64,000 nt of DNA from Bacteroidota bacterium. Its GTDB lineage: Bacteria > Bacteroidota > Bacteroidia > J057 > JADKCL01. A program made the position numbers and the translations under genes. Below are positions 58,001 to 64,000 of the stretch, one piece after another. Within the stretch, counting starts at the first letter, position 1, and the number at the start of each line of letters is the position of its first letter. The notes beneath the pieces were generated by a model. That model made no database searches and was not told the origin of the DNA. It worked only from the letters and a program-made list of their open reading frames with translations. The DNA lies in contig JADKCL010000026.1 of NCBI GenBank assembly GCA_016718825.1, positions 7,819 through 71,818 on the forward strand, in the 5' to 3' direction.

Positions 58001-58554
58001 TGAGCGGGAATGAGACAAGGAGCCTTCGGTATTGGGGAACGGAGCAGCGTTTGAATTTCGGAAAAAGCAAAAGCATCGAAAACGAGTTTCAGATCGGCAA
58101 CAAAAGGAGCGAGGCAGCGCAATTTGACAGCCGCAGCTTTGACATCGACTATTGGGAAGTCAAACCAAGTATCAATTTTCAACTCAGCCGCAAGCTGAGG
58201 CTCACAACAGGCTACGAATTCAAGCACAAGGTCAATTCCAGCGACAGCACAGAGACAAAGACTACCGTGAACATGCACAAGCTGTCTTTGGACGCAAAAT
58301 GGAACCTGAAGGACCGCAACAACATTTTCGGAAAGGTTGAGCTTGTGCAGGTTGGCCAAAGGGGCGATGCCGGATTTTCAGCCGAATATGAGCTACGAGA
58401 GAGTTTGCAGCCTGGTCTCAATGCGATTTGGCAGGTTTTTTCGACGATTTATCTGAGCAAGGCCTTGGAACTTGGGATCACCTATGACGGAAGGGCTGCG
58501 ATCGACAAGAAAACATTGCATACCGGGCGTGTGCAGTTAAAGGCATTTTTCTGA
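55012..58554 (+). CDS. Large (~1,180-aa) predicted outer-membrane beta-barrel protein, function unknown
   Basis: Signal-like 'RWACLLLGTISLLFFHTAKAQ'. Long beta-rich sequence. Terminal 'GRVQLKAFF'. The start overlaps the kinase 3' end by about 50 nt. Confidence 0.7.
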   Translation: MKVKSEKEQGFLWNCRGAKRWACLLLGTISLLFFHTAKAQNSKLVQQTVTLHVDDTLHLGQTHLTPYTFSMMVEGKPVLASAFELNETEGYIVLKDNSLDGKSASITFRYFPEFLQQRFALRTFRLQVDSTGEKREIFVDEYYKNDESVVFMPSAIRRSGSISRGLSVGNNQSLSVNSGLRLQLEGDLGDDLKLQAAITDETIPIQPDGTTQQINDFDKVFIQLIRKDDKVILGDFEIDHKGTQFANFYRNVQGIGFRVKGDKKGYAGINGAVAKGKFQTNSFIGREGIQGPYRLTGRNGERFIIVLAGSEKVYFNGALMTRGEGNDYVIDYNTGELTFTAQRLVTSAARIVIDFEYTDRNYNRSLLFADFGAELLKGKLNIKGSYGRDADNQNAPIEGPFTDLELDSLRAAGDDANLAAVTGVDSVGPPDNPSAVRYARVDSVFLGNTYEAYVFSTDPSKAVYRITFSNVGVGNGMYVRDASLVNGTVFKWVAPDSLTLRPRGDYAPIRVLVPPKLLQVVDVVAEYKISEKSLAYTETALSSNDQNRFSSIDDADNADLANKTGIRVEGLKVSDSLQLRLDASHRFVGKGYTNLDRVYKVEYGREWNFDDLGERLNENVSEGIAELRYGKSLRLLGNAGIRTYGQRLFSIKQLYELESSHKWLQGKYTFTTVGTEDKVDSVFSRWTRHNGDVHKDIGKLRPGVEIWLEDKTKVADGIAQAGAFRFADIKPYFKTIKTEKLDLSIFYNYRKEWEQADSSFREKSVAHTEGMKIIWSPTSTLNFQNTSSLRNFNVKDSKFLEKGLTNSQTLITNFQGSWYTNNRVLFSNVLYEVTSEQVAQKQVAYIEVYPGQGDYEWIDADSNGVQSLDEFQYSINPNRSNFYVRILIPSAQLFPTTALNFSGNFKIDLKKAWKRTESPLLEIVRNTSSITNFRVAQKKAAGSQFDSYLVSLGDVFGDTTLLDAQYTFRQDLYFFRNDPVGDLKFSYGDNKNKLFLVSGNETRSLRYWGTEQRLNFGKSKSIENEFQIGNKRSEAAQFDSRSFDIDYWEVKPSINFQLSRKLRLTTGYEFKHKVNSSDSTETKTTVNMHKLSLDAKWNLKDRNNIFGKVELVQVGQRGDAGFSAEYELRESLQPGLNAIWQVFSTIYLSKALELGITYDGRAAIDKKTLHTGRVQLKAFF

Positions 58555-58632
58555 CGTTCACCCTGAATATTCGTCTGTTAACGGACCAAATGCTCCAATC
58601 CTCTTTAAATTGGGCCACAGTGTCGATTTCCG

Positions 58633-58663
58633 TTGGCAGTGTGGAGGCGTTTGCCTAAATTTG
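58633..58663 (+). promoter_or_regulatory. Candidate Bacteroidota promoter (-33 TTG / -7 TAAATTTG) upstream of the WecA-like gene
   Basis: TAAATTTG at 58656-58663 matches TAnnTTTG. TTG at 58633-58635 lies 20 nt upstream. It sits about 27 nt before the TTG start at 58690. Confidence 0.3.
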
Positions 58664-58689
58664 AATAGATTATCAACCAATTTAAGAGC

Positions 58690-59844
58690 TTGTATCTTCT
58701 TCTGCTCATTCTTGTTGTTGCCTCTGCAGTATTTTCGTTTTTACTCAACAAGTTTATGTACAAGTACTCGCGCAACATTGGCGCACAGTACAAAGACGAA
58801 AACATAGTCAGATGGGCGGCCACCACCAAGCCAACGGTGGGTGGTTTTTCATTCTTCTTTACTTATGTACTTGCAGGGTTGGTCTTTTGGTTTACGCAGG
58901 AGCATGGTGACGGGGTTGCCGTCGAATTCTGGGTAACCATGGCCGTCGTTACGCTCGGTTTTTTTGTTGGGCTCCACGATGATGTTTTTGAAACCAAACC
59001 TTTAATCAAATTTCTCGGGCAAGTAGGTTGTGCCTTGATCTTGATCGTATTCGACTTGGGAATCAATTTGTTTGATTTCTGGCCAGTTGACCATTTCCTT
59101 ACCATCTTCTGGGTGGTTGGGATCATGAATAGCATCAACCTCCTCGACAATATGGATGGAATCACGGGCACGATATCCCTGACGATCGTGATGGCCACGG
59201 TCTTGCGAATCTTGTTGCTCGATGGCGACTCTGTAATGAATCCCTACCTGTTTACATTGTTGGCCTCCAGTGGAGCCTTTGTTGGATTTCTCATTCTCAA
59301 CGTCAAACCATCCAAAATCTACATGGGTGACACCGGCAGTCAATTCCTCGGAGCCTTGCTTGCCGTGATTGGAATCAAGTTTTTCTGGAACTTCGAGGTT
59401 GATGGAAAAAGTGTCTATTGGCCGACACGCGCAATTGTGCCGGTGATGCTCTTCCTTGTTCCCATTATGGACACCACTTTTGTGACCTTTGCACGCATCA
59501 TGCGTGGACAGTCGCCGTTTGTTGGCGGCAAGGATCATTTGACGCATCACATGACCTATCTTGGTGTGGCAGACAAATTCGTACCCTTCGTACTTGGGTT
59601 GGTTTCCTTGGTTTCCGGGCTGCTTGCAGTCTTTGGCCTTCGATATCTTTTGACTTGGTCGGTCGTGCAAACAGCCATTTTTGTCGGTTACATCATTGTG
59701 GTTTTTGCCATATTCTTCCGGCTCTATAAAAAAGGGGAGCGAATCGGGCTTGCAAAGCAGCGTTTTGCGCGAACCTTCGACCGTGCATTTAAAGAGAGGC
59801 AAGATCGTGAACTAGAGCCTGAGGAGGCTCAGCAGCATTCCTGA
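58690..59844 (+). CDS. Polyprenyl-phosphate N-acetylhexosamine-1-phosphate transferase (MraY/WecA glycosyltransferase family 4)
   Basis: About 10 TM helices. 'GLHDDV', 'NSINLLDNMDGITG', 'IYMGDTGSQFLG'. Confidence 0.85.
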   Translation: MYLLLLILVVASAVFSFLLNKFMYKYSRNIGAQYKDENIVRWAATTKPTVGGFSFFFTYVLAGLVFWFTQEHGDGVAVEFWVTMAVVTLGFFVGLHDDVFETKPLIKFLGQVGCALILIVFDLGINLFDFWPVDHFLTIFWVVGIMNSINLLDNMDGITGTISLTIVMATVLRILLLDGDSVMNPYLFTLLASSGAFVGFLILNVKPSKIYMGDTGSQFLGALLAVIGIKFFWNFEVDGKSVYWPTRAIVPVMLFLVPIMDTTFVTFARIMRGQSPFVGGKDHLTHHMTYLGVADKFVPFVLGLVSLVSGLLAVFGLRYLLTWSVVQTAIFVGYIIVVFAIFFRLYKKGERIGLAKQRFARTFDRAFKERQDRELEPEEAQQHS

Positions 59845-59846
59845 GA

Positions 59847-61064
59847 ATGCACATTCTCTACATTCATCAATATTTCTGTCCGCCGGGCGGAATCGGTAAC
59901 AACCGTTCCTTGGAGTTGGCGCGCCTGTGGGTGCAGGCGGGCCATAAAGTGACCGTTCTGACTTCGACCGCTTATTTTCCTGCGCATCTGAAAGGCGGTG
60001 ATAAGCAGCAAGATCTTGAGATCGATGGAATCCATGTGGTGCCTTTAGCGGTGCCTTATTCCCATTTGATGCGTTTCAGGGAAAGAGTCAAAGCGTTCCT
60101 CCAATTTTACCGCAAGGCGCGGCAAATTGCCAAGGGACTTCCCAAGCCGGATCTGATTTATGCTTCTTCGACGCCGCCGACAGTGGGAGAGTTGGGCCGT
60201 AAACTTTCCCGACACTGGGAAATCCCTTTTGTCTTTGAAACGGTGGATGTTTGGCCCGATGTTCCAATCGGAATGGGAATTGTGAAGAATCCAGTCCTGA
60301 AGTGGTGGCTGAACCGTCGTGTCAACCGGATTTATCGGGAAGCTTCATTGATCGTGGCCCTTTCTGACGGCATGAAGGAACAAATCTTGACGCATGGTGT
60401 CGACCCTCAAAAGGTCATCGTCTCTTACAATGGCACCTCTTTGAAAGCCTTTCCTTTTCAGGCAAGAGAAGCCAAGCCAAACTTGAAGATCATCTATACC
60501 GGCACTGTGGGCTTGGCGAATGGCGTGGAGGCCATTGTCGATGTCTGCAAGCTGTTGGAAAGTCGCGGGGTGTCTGAGGTGGAGTTTAGCATCTTGGGAG
60601 GCGGAAACGACTTGGCAAGGGTAAAAGCGCATGCGGCCAATGTCGAGGTAAAAGGATTGAGATTCCTGGATCCTGTTCCAAAGGAGCAGGTTGCTGATCT
60701 GCTCGCCACTGCGGACATCGGTGTTGTGACCTTTGCTCCGTTTTCTGTGCTGCAGGCAAACAGTGCAAACAAATTCTATGACTACTTGGCGAGCGGTTTG
60801 CCTGTGCTGCTCAATTACCAAGGTTGGCAGGCGGAATATTTGGAGCAGTGGAATTGTGGGAGAGCAAGCAAGATGGGTGATTTGCATGCCTTCGCCGACA
60901 ATATTGAATGGCTACTTCAAAATCCAACCGCAAGAAGCGAGATGGGAAAAAACGCAAGACGACTGGCAGAATCCCATTTTGACCGCAAAAAAATTGCCGG
61001 GGATTTGCTGGCAGGGTTTCAACGAATTCTCAATTCGGGGCATTCAACACGTGCTGTTGAATAA
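59847..61064 (+). CDS. GT4-family glycosyltransferase (WbuB-like)
   Basis: 'MHILYIHQYFCPPGGIGNNRSLELARLWVQAGHKVTVLT'. C-terminal GT-B half 'FYDYLASGLPVLL'. 405 aa. Confidence 0.8.
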   Translation: MHILYIHQYFCPPGGIGNNRSLELARLWVQAGHKVTVLTSTAYFPAHLKGGDKQQDLEIDGIHVVPLAVPYSHLMRFRERVKAFLQFYRKARQIAKGLPKPDLIYASSTPPTVGELGRKLSRHWEIPFVFETVDVWPDVPIGMGIVKNPVLKWWLNRRVNRIYREASLIVALSDGMKEQILTHGVDPQKVIVSYNGTSLKAFPFQAREAKPNLKIIYTGTVGLANGVEAIVDVCKLLESRGVSEVEFSILGGGNDLARVKAHAANVEVKGLRFLDPVPKEQVADLLATADIGVVTFAPFSVLQANSANKFYDYLASGLPVLLNYQGWQAEYLEQWNCGRASKMGDLHAFADNIEWLLQNPTARSEMGKNARRLAESHFDRKKIAGDLLAGFQRILNSGHSTRAVE

Positions 61065-61197
61065 ATGAAGGATTTGTCTTGCGATTTTTTAAATGTTGAA
61101 ATGTTAATACTGTAAATATCTCACATTCAATTATTTGTGATGTATTTTTGTAATTGTAAACATTTCAACAATCAGCATCACTGAAACGATCATTGAT

Positions 61198-62130
61198 TCA
61201 CTTGACTTCGAATTCAGCCTTACCGATCATTCGCTTTTCGCAATAGGCGAGGACCTTGTACATTCCCTCAGGATAGTCGAATCCCTTGGGCTGTTCAACG
61301 GCGAGGCAAGAGCTTATCCTTTCGCCTTCGTAGTTGATTTTCGTTTTTGAGGTGTATTGCTGGTCTTCTCCGTCATATTTGAAAAAGCCACTTTTGGCGT
61401 CGTCCTTCACAAGTTTTCCATCGGGCCCCAAGATTCTTATGTAGACGTCTTTTTCGCCTTTTTTGGTCGTATTGTTTTCCTCAACCACCATGCAAACCTT
61501 GATCTCATCCATTTGGCTTGCCCTGAATGAGGTTTCCTCGACCTCGGCTCCGCTTTGCTTCTTGCGGAAAAAGGTAAACGAATGCGCCTTCAGCTTTTGG
61601 GCACCTTCCAATTGGATTCCCCGGTATTCACTGACGTTTTGGATACTGTCCCTTTGTCCTGCAGTGGTAGCAAGATCGCCTTGCAAGCTGGCAATTTGCG
61701 CATCGCGCTCCTCAAGTTCCTCCTTCAATTCGGCGATTTGGCCTTCGTACTTCTTGACGTAAAACTCAAGTGTTTCCACGCGTCCGCGCAACCTTTCAGC
61801 TTCTTGCTGCGAAATCCGGTTACGGGAGAGAAGTGATGCGATTTTCTGCTCTTGTTCCAGAATCAAGGCCTCCTTGGCCTGAAACATCGCCTCCTTTTGC
61901 TCAAGTTCGAGGTCTTTGGAATTCATGGCAAACTCAAATTCCTTGAGTTGCTGTTCGACGTTGTCAATTTCAGTGGTAAGTTCTTCTTCTGTTTGAAGAC
62001 CTTCCTCGACCTCGCCACGCAAGCCCATATTTTGAATCAACAAAATGGTGACTGCGGCCACGAGAATGGAAATCATCACGATCGTAACAATCTTTCCCGT
62101 ACTGATATTCCTTGGTTTCGGTTCTGACAT
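61198..62130 (-). CDS. N-terminally anchored coiled-coil protein with C-terminal beta domain (paralogue A)
   Basis: TM segment 'IVTIVMISILVAAVTILLI'. About 150-aa heptad coiled coil. C-terminal 'KVCMVVEENNTTKKGEKDVYIRILGPDGKLV...YKVLAYCEKRMIGKAEFEVK'. The start was chosen at 'MSEPKPRN'. Confidence 0.75.
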   Translation of the reverse strand: MSEPKPRNISTGKIVTIVMISILVAAVTILLIQNMGLRGEVEEGLQTEEELTTEIDNVEQQLKEFEFAMNSKDLELEQKEAMFQAKEALILEQEQKIASLLSRNRISQQEAERLRGRVETLEFYVKKYEGQIAELKEELEERDAQIASLQGDLATTAGQRDSIQNVSEYRGIQLEGAQKLKAHSFTFFRKKQSGAEVEETSFRASQMDEIKVCMVVEENNTTKKGEKDVYIRILGPDGKLVKDDAKSGFFKYDGEDQQYTSKTKINYEGERISSCLAVEQPKGFDYPEGMYKVLAYCEKRMIGKAEFEVK

Positions 62131-62210
62131 TGCCTTGCTTCTGGGGTAATGTATCCAATGCGAAAGCCGCAAGTTGTCCCTGCGGCTTTCGCTGAAATCG
62201 ATTTAAACGA

Positions 62211-63143
62211 TTATTTCACGCTAAACTTTGAATTGCCGATGTCGTAGCCTTCGCAGAAGACGATCACACGGTAGTCACCTTTTGTATAGTCGTAGGAGGC
62301 GGGCTTGTCAAAGTTGATACAAACTTTCATGGCTTCCCGATCATAGTTGATCGTAGACTTGGATGAATAGGCGAGGTCCTCGCCATTGGCCTTGAAAAAT
62401 CCGCTTTTGGATTCCTCACGGATCACCTTGTTGTCGGGACCGATCACTTGCACGAAAATATCCTTGGACCCGCGATCTGCAGCTAGATTTTGGTTGATGT
62501 CAAAGCAGATTTTCATCCCGTCAAGTTGGCCTTCGCGGAAGCTTGTTTCTTGAATCTCTTTGCCGCTGACCTTTGTACGATAGAAGTAAAAGGGACGCGC
62601 ATTCAAGATTTTAGCAGTCTCCAGCTTGAACGACGTTTCGTCCAACTTTCTATTGGTTTCGCTCAGTTTCCCTGAAATCGTGTCTATTTTCCCACCCATC
62701 TCGGCAATTTGAACTTCCTTTTGGGCAAGTTGTGTTTTGAGTTCATCGATTTCGGCCTGGTATTTCTTAATGTAATACTCAAGCTGCTCCACTTTACCGC
62801 GCAGACGCTCAGCATCTTGCTGCGAAATTTTGCCAGACTTTACCAGCTGATCGATCTTCTTTTGCTTGTCGATCAACTGTTGTTCCTTCTCTGCGAGCAT
62901 TCTTTCTTTTTCCTCCAATGCAAGGTCCTTGTTTTCAAGGTCTACCTTGTATTCATCGAGGTCTTGCTCGAGATTTTCGATTTCGAAGGTCATTTCACCC
63001 ACCTCCGTATCCCGTTCTGCCAACGTATTTTTATAGTTGTTGCCTCTGATGTAGAATACGACGACAAGTGCAGCCAATGCAGCGATCAAAACGATGCTGA
63101 TGATTCTACCTGTATTGATGCCTTTCGGTTGTTCAGAACTCAT
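62211..63143 (-). CDS. N-terminally anchored coiled-coil protein with C-terminal beta domain (paralogue B)
   Basis: Same architecture as paralogue A. 'SQQDAERLRGKVEQLEYYIKKYQAEIDELK' here versus 'SQQEAERLRGRVETLEFYVKKYEGQIAELK' in the neighbour. Confidence 0.75.
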   Translation of the reverse strand: MSSEQPKGINTGRIISIVLIAALAALVVVFYIRGNNYKNTLAERDTEVGEMTFEIENLEQDLDEYKVDLENKDLALEEKERMLAEKEQQLIDKQKKIDQLVKSGKISQQDAERLRGKVEQLEYYIKKYQAEIDELKTQLAQKEVQIAEMGGKIDTISGKLSETNRKLDETSFKLETAKILNARPFYFYRTKVSGKEIQETSFREGQLDGMKICFDINQNLAADRGSKDIFVQVIGPDNKVIREESKSGFFKANGEDLAYSSKSTINYDREAMKVCINFDKPASYDYTKGDYRVIVFCEGYDIGNSKFSVK

Positions 63144-63535
63144 ATTTGAAGAGCTGTTTTAAAGATACAATGCTTTTAATCGGCTCAAAATTACGGAAAA
63201 CTTGCAAAAACCAAGGTTGTTTTCTGCAATCATGTGCTTGATTCTATACGCTAGTCTATTGGGATGGTTGGGCTCTTCAGCATCTAGAATCGGTTGTGCG
63301 GAAAAATAAAACCGGGTCGCGGAAAAAAAAAGATATGTTTCCAATCCAGCGGTATCAAAAGAGCCCTGCCATGATAAAAATGCAATTGAGACGATTATAC
63401 CTGGGCGGGCAGGGTACGGATACAGCCGGGGACATATCTGCTGATTGAGACTACGCTCCGCGATCCCGGTTTTGGACATGTAAAGAGCTTATCTACCAAT
63501 TTAACGAAAAAAGTAATTCGTTCAAAACAAAAAAA

Positions 63536-63569
63536 GTCGGCCGATCAAATTGACCGGCCGACTTTTTTT
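63536..63569. terminator. Bidirectional rho-independent terminator
   Basis: AAAAAAA-GTCGGCCG-atcaaattgac-CGGCCGAC-TTTTTTT. It lies directly downstream of the minus-strand T9SS gene. Confidence 0.75.
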
Positions 63570-63581
63570 ATTTTGAGCAAA

Positions 63582-64000
63582 TCAATGCGTCACGACAAGT
63601 TTTTTGCTGAAAACTTGATCACCCGCAATCAGTTGGCAGAAGTAAACCCCTGTAGCGAGGTCAGCCGTTTCCAATGTTGCGATATGTGAACCAGCATTGA
63701 ACTCGCCTTGAGCGATCACGGCGACTTGTTGTCCGAAGGCATTGGTAACCACCATGGAAATTTCCGTCACGGCAGGCAATTCAAATTGAATGCGGGCAGT
63801 GCCGTTGGTAGGGTTGGGGTACCAGTCATACAACACCACGTTGCTGTTGACCGAATTGTCCACGGAAACGATGCATACAGGAGTGGATCCTGGCGTTGAA
63901 AACGAGGTCCAACCGAGTTCCATTAAAGGCTGATAGCACCAAATGTTGGGATCACTCAAATCGACCGTTACGTCATTGCCAAAGTACCAGAACTTTGCTG
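63582..64000 (-). CDS. 3' part of a T9SS-secreted protein (N-terminus lies beyond the window)
   Basis: The frame is open to the window edge (..AKFWYFGNDVTVDLSDPNIW..). C-terminal sorting domain 'LYDWYPNPTNGTARIQFELP...GVYFCQLIAGDQVFSKKLVVTH'. Confidence 0.8.
   Translation of the reverse strand, partial: AKFWYFGNDVTVDLSDPNIWCYQPLMELGWTSFSTPGSTPVCIVSVDNSVNSNVVLYDWYPNPTNGTARIQFELPAVTEISMVVTNAFGQQVAVIAQGEFNAGSHIATLETADLATGVYFCQLIAGDQVFSKKLVVTH

Noticed and set aside
63159-63479. A 106-aa minus-strand ORF in the spacer upstream of coiled-coil paralogue B.
   Set aside because: The translation has no recognisable features, and the region is better explained by nested inverted repeats (candidate RNA structure). 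It is treated as non-coding.

Overview
This 64-kb chromosomal segment looks like a Bacteroidota genome. Several proteins end in T9SS C-terminal sorting domains, two genes have TAnnTTTG-type -7 boxes upstream, and the window carries an HU-CCDC81/SPOR protein and futalosine-pathway genes. I count about 50 protein genes and recognised no rRNA, tRNA, CRISPR array, transposase or integrase. Housekeeping and envelope genes include ychJ, a TrmH-family methyltransferase, an Omp85 protein, holA, hemL, guaA, rpmB, rarA, mqnB/mqnD, an HldD-like epimerase, a large sensor histidine kinase, a WecA/MraY-family transferase and a GT4 glycosyltransferase.

The most unusual block lies at about 23.9-37.6 kb.
- An orphan 1,993-aa protein has an N-terminal DUF4157 (eCIS-associated, HExxH) domain, three internal ~350-aa modules and a C-terminal glycine-zipper hydrophobic hairpin. 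It has no Sec, lipoprotein or T9SS signal and no injection-machine genes nearby.
- An 845-bp spacer follows, containing a duplicated hairpin motif.
- Next is a visibly AT-richer three-gene operon: a lipoprotein gene with a C11 tract just after its lipobox Cys, where both +1 and -1 slips hit TGA within 12 nt, followed by two 4-nt-overlapping 197-aa beta-barrel-like paralogues.
- The block ends with an interrupted T9SS cargo gene and a Sec-signal tail-fibre-like protein with an S74 intramolecular-chaperone motif.

Other points of note:
- a family of heptanucleotide tandem arrays, (AAGTGAA)n and (CTCAATT)n, at gene 3' ends, which supply the stop codons of two genes;
- a solitary TIR-like (DUF1863-like) gene;
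- a decayed M24 aminopeptidase pseudogene with two in-frame stops;
- a G-quadruplex motif;
- tandem coiled-coil membrane-anchored paralogues;
- a candidate structured RNA.

Three gene disruptions (ychJ, rarA, histidine kinase) each map to a homopolymer that is one base too short. This looks like a sequencing artefact and tempers every indel-based claim here. All family calls come from motif recognition by eye. No searches were run.
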